The notes under the pieces: generated by a model | Told to the model about the DNA's origin: nothing | The model's database searches: none | Seen by the model: the letters and a program-made list of their open reading frames with translations, nothing else | Position numbers and translations under genes: made by a program | From: Patescibacteria group bacterium | GTDB lineage: Bacteria > Patescibacteriota > Microgenomatia > 0-14-0-10-38-17 | Length of the DNA stretch: 64,000 nucleotides | Direction: 5' to 3' | Assembly: GCA_050953885.1 (NCBI GenBank) | Contig: JBMNNJ010000001.1 | Span: 527,437-591,436, forward strand | Part shown: one piece after another, positions 56,951 through 64,000 of the stretch | Numbering within the stretch: the first letter of the stretch is position 1 | Layout: every line of letters begins with the position of its first letter

Positions 56951-57712
56951 ATGGGAGAAGAAAAAAAATTAGTCAGTGTTATTATCCCCGCCTTCAACGA
57001 GGAGAAAACAGTGGCGGAAGTGGTTAAGGTTTGCCTAAAGACGCCCGAAGTGGGAGAGATAATTGTTGTCAACGATGGCTCGCAGGATAAAACCAAGGAA
57101 AGGCTTCAGGTTTTTAGAGATAAAGATAAAATTAAGGTGGTTAATCTTCCCAAAAACCGCGGCAAGGGTTATGCTGTGGCCCAAGGAATTAAAAGAGCGC
57201 GTTATGATTACCTCCTTTTTTTAGATGCCGATTTAATTAATCTTCAGCCGTATTATCTTTCTTCTTTGTCTTGGCCGGTGTTGAATGATCAGGCCGATAT
57301 GACGATTGCCGCCCCCTCTTTTTTCTACAGCCCCTATTATCTTTCTTGGCCTCTTTCCGGTCAGCGCTGTTTGAAGAAAATTTTTTTTAGTAAGGAAACA
57401 GTTGAAAAAATGGAAAAGACGGGTTATGGTTTAGAAGTTTTCCTTAATGAATTGATGAAAAAGAAAAGAATTGTCGTGGTGCCCTGGGTTTCTGGTAAGC
57501 CGCTTCATCTTAAGAAAGTTAAGAAACAACAAAATTGGATGAAGGCCTATGTGAAGGAGAACTTTCAGGTTTTCCGCCAAACAATTGCCAACCAGCGCTC
57601 TTCTTATCAGGAAAAAATGAAAACAGGTTTTCTCCGTAGTTTAGCTGACTACCTTAAGGTTAACTATCAGCGTTTAAAGGACTACCTTTTAGAGGAAGAG
57701 CTAGAAGAATAG
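56951..57712 (+). CDS. GT2 family glycosyltransferase
   Basis: SVIIPAFNEE, VNDGSQD, NRGKG, FLDAD, LSGQR. Confidence 0.92.
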   Translation: MGEEKKLVSVIIPAFNEEKTVAEVVKVCLKTPEVGEIIVVNDGSQDKTKERLQVFRDKDKIKVVNLPKNRGKGYAVAQGIKRARYDYLLFLDADLINLQPYYLSSLSWPVLNDQADMTIAAPSFFYSPYYLSWPLSGQRCLKKIFFSKETVEKMEKTGYGLEVFLNELMKKKRIVVVPWVSGKPLHLKKVKKQQNWMKAYVKENFQVFRQTIANQRSSYQEKMKTGFLRSLADYLKVNYQRLKDYLLEEELEE

Positions 57713-58710
57713 TTAAGAAGAGAAAAAATTTCGTTTTGAGCCTGAAAAGAGCGGAAAAGCACCCTTAAAGTAGGGATAATGAGCTGGCTTTGGTAACAGT
57801 TGAGAGCCTTTCTTTTTTTAGCTATTTGTTCTTTTGATAGCCAAAAGCTGAACCAGCCTTCCCCTTTTGGGCTGACTTGTCGAGGAGGAAACAAAATTTT
57901 ATTTTTCTTTTTTAGGCCTGGCGGGTAAACACGGAAAAAATTGAAAATTCTTAGGTGGATCGGATATTGGTAGAGAGTTCCCTGCCAGCGAATTGCTTTT
58001 AAGGCTTTTTTGATAAAAAGGGCAACGGCTTGATGATCGGGATTGCTCTCTTTCTGATGGGGAGCAAAAATAACTGTGGGCTGAAATTCTTCGATGACGT
58101 CTTTAATGTCTTTAGCAAGATTTTCTCCGCGGTATTCCTGTGAAGTATCTGGCGAGTGGTCAAGTTTTGTTGTTTGGCTGGCAATTAATTTTTTTGGTTT
58201 TTTCCATAAAGAAGAGAGGACTCCGTCGGGATAATCCCAAAAAAGCAGGTTATTTTCTTGCCCGCCTAAAGCTTTGATTGCCCTTTTGGCTTCTTCTTCT
58301 CTTACCCGGCTGGTTTCAATAAATTTTTCCGGCAAAAACCTGACTTTTTTATCCTTTAAAAAAAGAGAGGGGTTGCCATTACCGCGGGTAACAAAAACAA
58401 TTTTAAGGGGATTTTTTTGGGCTAAAAGTTGGCTGATCAGGCCGCCGGCGGCAAGAGTTTCGTCGTCAGGATGGGGGGAAAAGAAAAGCACCCGTTCCTT
58501 TCTTTTTATTTTTAGCAAAGAAAGGGAAGGCTTTTTTGAACGCGAGAGCCAACCTTCTAAAAAGCCAATTCCTCCTGAAAGAAAAATCAGAAAGAGAACA
58601 AGCCATCCTAAGATTAAGGCAAAACTATTGGCAAGACTTGGGAAAGGAAGACCGCTTATTTGGGAGAAAAAAGCCATTCCTAAACTGATTACCAGTAAGA
58701 TTTTTATCAT
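57682..58710 (-). CDS. PIG-L/LmbE family deacetylase
   Basis: SPHPDDE, NPDH, YQSQ. Confidence 0.9.
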   Translation of the reverse strand: MIKILLVISLGMAFFSQISGLPFPSLANSFALILGWLVLFLIFLSGGIGFLEGWLSRSKKPSLSLLKIKRKERVLFFSPHPDDETLAAGGLISQLLAQKNPLKIVFVTRGNGNPSLFLKDKKVRFLPEKFIETSRVREEEAKRAIKALGGQENNLLFWDYPDGVLSSLWKKPKKLIASQTTKLDHSPDTSQEYRGENLAKDIKDVIEEFQPTVIFAPHQKESNPDHQAVALFIKKALKAIRWQGTLYQYPIHLRIFNFFRVYPPGLKKKNKILFPPRQVSPKGEGWFSFWLSKEQIAKKRKALNCYQSQLIIPTLRVLFRSFQAQNEIFSLLNYSSSSSSKR

Positions 58711-58762
58711 TAAGTTCCTATTTTAACATTTTGCCTTATTTTTTAAGATATAATGATTAGTA

Positions 58763-59533
58763 ATGACTTATTTTCAAGCCTTTATTCTTTCCCTGGTTGA
58801 GGGGATTACCGAATTTTTGCCTGTTTCCTCAACCGGCCATCTGATTTTAGTAAGCCACCTTTTGGGTCTTGCCCAAACGGAATTTTTAAAAAGTTTTGAA
58901 ATCATTATCCAATTGGGGGCAATTTTGGCGGTGGCCGTTTTATACTGGCGCACTTTGTTTTCCAGCCGCCGCCTGCTTCTCCGGGTGCTTATCGCCTTTA
59001 TCCCCACCGGCCTGATTGGTTTTTTTGCTTATCCGTTGGTGAAGGGTTTTCTTCTTGGTAATCTTCAGATAGTGATTGTTTCCCTTGCTTTAGGGGGGAT
59101 CTTAATGCTGGCTCTGGAGGACTTCTTTAGCCAAAGAAAGCGTCAGAAGAAAATTAAAGACTTAAACCTAGCTCAAGTTTTTTTAATCGGTGTGGCCCAA
59201 TCTCTTGCTTTGGTCCCCGGGGTTTCCCGGGCAATGGTAACGATTTTTGCCGGTCTGGGGACGGGCTTGAGCCGCAAAAGCGCCACCGAGTTTTCTTTTC
59301 TTTTGGCCATCCCCACCATGGTGGGGGCCGCGGGTCTTGATTTGGCAAAAGTAGGTTTTTCTTTCACACGTCAGGAGTATTTGATTTTGCTGGTGGGCTT
59401 TTTGGGAGCTTTTCTGGCGGCGCTTTTAACAATTAAAGCCTTGACTGGCTTTGTTAAGAGCCATTCTTTTCGGATTTTTGCTTTCTACCGGATTATTTTG
59501 GCTTTTGTTTTTTGGTTTTTCTTGGGCCGCTAA
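58763..59533 (+). CDS. uppP: Undecaprenyl-diphosphatase
   Basis: EGITEFLPVSSTGHL, IQLGAILAV, PGVSR, FSFLLAIP. Confidence 0.96.
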   Translation: MTYFQAFILSLVEGITEFLPVSSTGHLILVSHLLGLAQTEFLKSFEIIIQLGAILAVAVLYWRTLFSSRRLLLRVLIAFIPTGLIGFFAYPLVKGFLLGNLQIVIVSLALGGILMLALEDFFSQRKRQKKIKDLNLAQVFLIGVAQSLALVPGVSRAMVTIFAGLGTGLSRKSATEFSFLLAIPTMVGAAGLDLAKVGFSFTRQEYLILLVGFLGAFLAALLTIKALTGFVKSHSFRIFAFYRIILAFVFWFFLGR

Positions 59534-59595
59534 AGCTTTAAAGCACTTATTTTTGTTCTACCGCTTTCTTTTCTTTCTTGGGTAAGAAGAATATA

Positions 59596-60591
59596 ATGGA
59601 AAAATTAAAAATGATTGGCAAGTTAAAAAAAGCAACGATTTTTTTGGGAGTTTTTGTTTTGGGAGTGGCTTTGGGCGCTTTAGGGGAAAAGCTTTTAACC
59701 AAAAAAGAAGAAGAAAATGTTTTTTTCCGCCAGCGCCAGTCGGAGTATCAATTCATTAATCCCCTGCTTGACTTTGCTCCCCTTGAAGAAACCAGACGGG
59801 GGGATTTAGTTTTTTTAAGAAAAAAGCTGGAAGAGTTAATCAATACGGCTGTTAAAAGTAACAAGGCTTCCCAAGTGGGCATTTATTTTCAAGAACTAAA
59901 TTCCGGCGCCTGGATTGGTCTTGGCGAGAGAGAAAAATTTGCTCCCGCCAGCCTCCTTAAAGTTCCTTTAATGATTGCTTATCTAAAAGTTGCCGAAGAG
60001 GATCCCGATTATCTTTACCAAGAGATAGAATATCAGCCCCAGGAGGCGCTTTCCCAAAATATTCCGCCGGAAAAGCAATTAGTGGCGGGCCAATCTTATT
60101 CAATTGGCAATCTTATTAGGCGGATGATTGTTTATTCCGACAATCAGGCGCTGGAGATCTTGGCGGACAAAATTGAAAAAAATAAATTGGCGGAAGTTTA
60201 TGCCGATTTAGGCTTAAAGGTGCCGGCAGATGAGGCGGAGGAGAACTTTATCACCGTCAAAGACTATGCCGCTCTTTTCAGGATTCTTTATAACGCCTCT
60301 TATCTTAGCCGCGAGATGTCGGAGAAGGCGCTTAAATTATTAAGCGAAGTGGTTTATGAGGATGGTTTGGTCGCTGTCCTGCCTGAAGGGATTAAGGTGG
60401 CCCATAAATTTGGCGAGCGGGCTTATGAGGAAAGCGGGGTAAAACAATTTCACGATTGCGGGATTATTTATTACCCCGGCAAGCCCTACCTGCTTTGCGT
60501 AATGACCCGTGGAGACGATTTTAACGCTCTTCAGGGAATTGTGCGGCAAGTTTCCCAGACTGTTTATCAAACTATTAGCCTTAATAATTAG
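59596..60591 (+). CDS. Class A beta-lactamase-related serine hydrolase, membrane anchored
   Basis: ASLLK (SxxK), SDN and HKFG motifs. Confidence 0.88.
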   Translation: MEKLKMIGKLKKATIFLGVFVLGVALGALGEKLLTKKEEENVFFRQRQSEYQFINPLLDFAPLEETRRGDLVFLRKKLEELINTAVKSNKASQVGIYFQELNSGAWIGLGEREKFAPASLLKVPLMIAYLKVAEEDPDYLYQEIEYQPQEALSQNIPPEKQLVAGQSYSIGNLIRRMIVYSDNQALEILADKIEKNKLAEVYADLGLKVPADEAEENFITVKDYAALFRILYNASYLSREMSEKALKLLSEVVYEDGLVAVLPEGIKVAHKFGERAYEESGVKQFHDCGIIYYPGKPYLLCVMTRGDDFNALQGIVRQVSQTVYQTISLNN

Positions 60592-60613
60592 CTCTCGGTT
60601 TTGCCCGCCTGGC

Positions 60614-61051
60614 TTAATTTGTTTTTGTTTTTAGTCCGGGTGGTTGGTGCGGGCGGCGAGAAGCTTCCATCAGTTTTTGGTCTAAGCTTTTTAAGGCGAT
60701 GTTTTTTCGAGACGAGAGAAAGACATAGGCGGCATCATAAAAAGAAAGGTTTTCACCCAGGCTAATGGCCAGAGTTTCTTCATAATTAATCTCCTCGTAA
60801 ATTATTGGCAATCTTAAAAAAGCTTCTAAAAGCTTTACCCCCGTGTTTTTGGCGAGTCTTTTTTGCTTAATGGCCGATCTTAGGGCATTGGCCACTTCAT
60901 ATCGCAGTAGGCTTGGGGCAAGAAAGTCAACCGCGCCTTTTTCAAAAGAAGAAAATAACTTTTTAATCTTTGGCCTTGCGGCCTCGTCCGGAAGCAGTTT
61001 TGCCAAGATAATGCTGGCGTCAACAACAACTTTTTTAGTATTTTCGGCCAT
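60614..61051 (-). CDS. PIN domain (VapC-like) toxin
   Basis: VVDAS, YEVANAL, FYDAAY, SLDQKL. Confidence 0.9.
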   Translation of the reverse strand: MAENTKKVVVDASIILAKLLPDEAARPKIKKLFSSFEKGAVDFLAPSLLRYEVANALRSAIKQKRLAKNTGVKLLEAFLRLPIIYEEINYEETLAISLGENLSFYDAAYVFLSSRKNIALKSLDQKLMEASRRPHQPPGLKTKTN

Positions 61052-61277
61052 CTTCAACTAATTTTTTATAATCAATCCCCTTTGTTTTGGCTTGGGCGGA
61101 GAGGTTTTCTATTTCTTCCAGGATTTGTTGGCGGGAATTGGCGGCTTGATAATCATAGAAAGCCCTTATCGCCCTTCTTATTAATTCGCCCATTGATTTG
61201 TTTTCTTTTTCAGCCAAACGCGACAAGAGAGCGTAATCAGTTTCGGTGAGCAAGAGGTTAGTTCTTTTGGTAAGCAT
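61035..61277 (-). CDS. Ribbon-helix-helix (CopG-like) antitoxin
   Basis: KRTNLLL...LAEKENKSMGELIRRAI; overlaps the PIN gene. Confidence 0.87.
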   Translation of the reverse strand: MLTKRTNLLLTETDYALLSRLAEKENKSMGELIRRAIRAFYDYQAANSRQQILEEIENLSAQAKTKGIDYKKLVEDGRKY

Positions 61278-61283
61278 AATATT

Positions 61284-61312
61284 AAAGTAACATATTACTT
61301 AATGACTGTCAA
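61284..61312 (-). promoter_or_regulatory. Toxin-antitoxin promoter with operator
   Basis: TTGACA-17 nt-TACTTT, 6 nt from ATG; palindrome AAGTAA-N4-TTACTT at 61285-61300 over the -10 box. Confidence 0.8.
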
Positions 61313-61376
61313 GAGAAGAAATTAATAATCGTTAAACTGTTAGGAACACGAATTAATACGAATGAGTGAACAAAAT

Positions 61377-61454
61377 GTAGGAGCGCCCCTTGTGGGCGCC
61401 CGACCATGTGGGCGGAAATAAGCCCCCAACGGGTGATTCATAAATCACCCCTAC
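61377..61454. repeat. Inverted pair of GTAG-type REPs
   Basis: GTAGGAGCGCCCCTTGTGGGCGCCC...GGGTGATTCATAAATCACCCCTAC. Confidence 0.75.
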
Positions 61455-61464
61455 CATGATTAGT

Positions 61465-61737
61465 TTAAGAAACAGCCGGCTTTTGGTAGCTTTCAAAGGC
61501 GGCGGCGGCTTGGGGGTTGACCAACCGGAGGGAAGACAAAACCTTTTCCCTGATAGCGGCGGTGCGAACAAAGCCTTTAGCGGCGTTAGCTGCCGCCCAA
61601 TTTTCTACTTCTTGGGCAATGCTTTCTGCTTCCTGATCGGTGGCGCCGGCGGCAATAAGACTTTGGCGGATTTTATTGGCGTCAAATTCTTCCAGCCGGC
61701 CGTCTCTTTTTTGCACCCGAATACTCATTTTTCTCAC
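61465..61737 (-). CDS. Stand-alone ATP-cone domain protein
   Basis: VQKRDGRLEEFDANKIRQS...T..IREKV..L. Confidence 0.88.
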   Translation of the reverse strand: MRKMSIRVQKRDGRLEEFDANKIRQSLIAAGATDQEAESIAQEVENWAAANAAKGFVRTAAIREKVLSSLRLVNPQAAAAFESYQKPAVS

Positions 61738-61749
61738 CCCCCTTTGTTT

Positions 61750-61885
61750 AGGATACTAAGATATTAAGATACAAAGAGACTAAGATACTAAGAACACAAG
61801 GCATGATACACGATACAAAGAAATACGAGACAGGATGGTTTCTATCCTGTTTTATCCTGTAAACATCCTGTTTAATCCCGTGTGC
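61750..61885. repeat. Octamer/decamer tandem repeat tract
   Basis: GATACTAA-type octamers, then ATCCTGT repeats. Confidence 0.7.
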
Positions 61886-61977
61886 TTCGCTAGCAGCTTA
61901 TTTCCAGCTTACCCCATTTTTTTGCCAAAAGCAATTTTGGCCGCTGGCCTTTGGGAAAATGATAAAATGAGTTTTAA

Positions 61978-62865
61978 ATGAAACCAGTAGTTAGCTATTC
62001 GGTTATTATTACTGCTTTTCGGGAGGAAAAAACTATTGGTCGGGCCATTGAAGCGATTTTGCCGCAAATTGATTTTTCCAAGGCCGAGCTTTGGGTGGCG
62101 GCGCCGGATGAGGCTACCCTCAAGGTGGCGAAAAACTACCCGCAGGTTAAAACCCTAAAAGATGAGGGGAAAGGCAAGCCGGCGGCGCTTAATCTGGCGG
62201 TTTCAAAAGCCGGCGGAGAAGTTTTAGTTTTAACCGATGGCGATGTTTGGCTGGGAAAGGAGGCATTGGAAAAGATTTTGGCGGTCTTTAAAAATCCCAA
62301 AGTCGGTTTGGCCACCGGTCAACCAAAGCCGGTTAATAAAAGAGATTCTCTTTTTGGTTTCTGGGCGTTCTGCTTAACCGGCGCCGCTCACCAAATAAGG
62401 CTTAAAAGAAGTGCCGCCGGAGATTATTTTGACGGCTCCGGCTATCTTTTGGTGATAAGAAAAAAGTATTGGTCACCGGTTCCGCCTTCTTTATTAACCG
62501 AGGATGTTTTTTTCTCCCAAGAGGTTTGGGAAAAGGGAGGAAAATTGGTCTACGTGCCCCAAGCGGTAGTTTGGGTTAAATTTCCCACTAATTTTTCCGA
62601 CTGGAAAAAGCAAAAGGTGCGCTCGGTGGGTGGGGCGGCGCAAAAGAGAAAAGATTTGCCTTCAATGCGCGGTTTTAAAAATGAATTAAAAGAAAGCCTT
62701 TTTCTTTTAACTCTCCCCTCCTCCTTTAAGGAGTGGCTTTGGCTTTTGCTTCTTTTTTTAGCCCGGCTTTACCTTTGGCTTTTAATTTTTTGGAAGCTAA
62801 AGATACGGCAGTTACCGCAGGAGAAAATTTGGCTAAGAACAGAGAGCACAAAGATGATAGAATAG
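61978..62865 (+). CDS. GT2 family glycosyltransferase
   Basis: SVIITAFREE, GKPAALN, LTDGD, TED. Confidence 0.88.
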   Translation: MKPVVSYSVIITAFREEKTIGRAIEAILPQIDFSKAELWVAAPDEATLKVAKNYPQVKTLKDEGKGKPAALNLAVSKAGGEVLVLTDGDVWLGKEALEKILAVFKNPKVGLATGQPKPVNKRDSLFGFWAFCLTGAAHQIRLKRSAAGDYFDGSGYLLVIRKKYWSPVPPSLLTEDVFFSQEVWEKGGKLVYVPQAVVWVKFPTNFSDWKKQKVRSVGGAAQKRKDLPSMRGFKNELKESLFLLTLPSSFKEWLWLLLLFLARLYLWLLIFWKLKIRQLPQEKIWLRTESTKMIE

Positions 62866-62871
62866 AAATTA

Positions 62872-63993
62872 ATGAGGGCTATTGTTTTGGGAGGAGAAAG
62901 AAAGGATGCCGCTTCGCTTTACCGCCGGCGGCTAATTGTTACCAATTTGGCGGATTTTCGCGTCCAGCTTTTAAACCCCTCTCCCGGCCGGCCGCCGCAG
63001 ACTTCCCCACCTCCCCCTCTTTTTCCCCAACTTTTTTACCAAGAAGAAGAAAAATTTTTGGAAAAGGCGGATTTGGTAATTGCCGACTTAACCAAGAGTG
63101 ATTTTAAAACTGGTTTTTTAGTCTCCAAGGCTTTAGGCTTGCAAAAACCGGTTTTAGGCCTTTTTTGGCAAGAAAAGGAAACAAAAATGCCCGCTTTTGA
63201 TGAGGATTGGCAAAAAAAAGAGCAATTTTTTTGGGAAAGTTTTAACGAGCAAAATATCCGCTCTTTACTGCGCCATTTTTTAAGTTTTTGCCGCCGAAAA
63301 AAACGTTTTTGGGGGAAGCTAATTGCTATTGAGGGAGTGGATGGGTCGGGGAAAAGCACCCAAGCCAGAAAACTTTTTGCCTATTTTAAAAAAAAGGGTC
63401 TAACGGCCAAAATTATTGATTTTCCCTGTTATAAAACTTCTTTTTATGGCCAAATGGTCGGTCGTTTTCTTCAGGGGGAATTTGGCTCACCGCTGGAGGT
63501 TAACCCCTATTTTGCCTCCCTGCCCTATGCTCTTGACCGTCTTGGGGCAAAAGACCAAATTGAGGATTGGTTGCGGGGTGGTTGCTTGGTGATCGCCAAC
63601 CGCTACGCCCCCTCAAACCTTGCCTATCAGGGAGCGCGGTTAAAAGGCAAGAAAGAACAGGAAAAATTTTGGGACTGGGCAGAGCAAATGGAGTATCAGG
63701 TTAACAAAATTCCCCGCGAGGAGGTGGTGGTTTTTCTTCACCTGCCGGCGAGAGTAAGCCAGAAACTTGCTTTTAAGCGCTTTAAAAAAACAGGTAAAAG
63801 CGACGCCTACGAAAAAAATTTGCCTTATCTTGAGGCGGTAGAAAAAGCTTATCTAAAATTAGCCAAGCGGTCCCCCCATTGGTTAACCATTGAATGCCTT
63901 TCTTCGACAGGGGATAAGATTTTGCCGCCAGCGGAAATTAAAAGAAAATTATTCAAGGGCTTGAAGAGAGAAAGATTGTTAAGTAGAATATAG
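62872..63993 (+). CDS. tmk: Thymidylate kinase fused to N-terminal deoxyribosyltransferase-like domain
   Basis: IAIEGVDGSGKSTQ, YALDR, ANRY..SN; N-terminal ADLVIADLT...KPVLGL. Confidence 0.85.
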   Translation: MRAIVLGGERKDAASLYRRRLIVTNLADFRVQLLNPSPGRPPQTSPPPPLFPQLFYQEEEKFLEKADLVIADLTKSDFKTGFLVSKALGLQKPVLGLFWQEKETKMPAFDEDWQKKEQFFWESFNEQNIRSLLRHFLSFCRRKKRFWGKLIAIEGVDGSGKSTQARKLFAYFKKKGLTAKIIDFPCYKTSFYGQMVGRFLQGEFGSPLEVNPYFASLPYALDRLGAKDQIEDWLRGGCLVIANRYAPSNLAYQGARLKGKKEQEKFWDWAEQMEYQVNKIPREEVVVFLHLPARVSQKLAFKRFKKTGKSDAYEKNLPYLEAVEKAYLKLAKRSPHWLTIECLSSTGDKILPPAEIKRKLFKGLKRERLLSRI

Positions 63994-64000
63994 ATAAATT

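Noticed and set aside
59596-60591. Bona fide antibiotic-resistance beta-lactamase
   Set aside because: It is membrane-anchored with HKFG, and I could not identify the class A omega-loop ExxLN motif; more likely a PBP-like hydrolase.
1-64000. Alternative genetic code (UGA=Gly)
   Set aside because: Conserved genes are full length under code 11 and several end in TGA.

Overview
This window looks like the replication-origin region of a Patescibacteria (CPR) genome, most likely Microgenomates; that assignment is inferred from gene families and gene order. Bases 1-19.8 kb hold a CPR-type type IV secretion locus: six tandem VirB2/TrbC-like pilins, a VirB6-like protein, PrgI, a VirB4 ATPase and a CHAP hydrolase. 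It is interrupted by two antisense orphan genes. Next come dnaN-oriC-dnaA, with DnaA boxes and a Bacillus-like DnaA-trio unwinding element, then two more pilin genes. Housekeeping genes follow: tmRNA/smpB, comF, tRNA-Arg(CCG), tRNA-Ser(CGA), tRNA-Arg(GCG), dnaG and rpoD. A GIY-YIG gene sits between a duplicated tRNA 5' half and the intact tRNA-Asn. An island of about 9 kb follows, made of repeat-separated cassettes, and includes a peptidase-less lasso-like RiPP cluster. The rest is accessory, toxin-antitoxin and envelope genes. The most striking non-coding signal is a family of nested ('Russian-doll') AT-rich inverted-repeat elements with 7-10 nt periodic arms and inserted GC-rich micro-palindromes. 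They repeatedly sit between a -10 box and the gene start, in a genome that otherwise appears largely leaderless. All calls were made by eye; no database searches were run.
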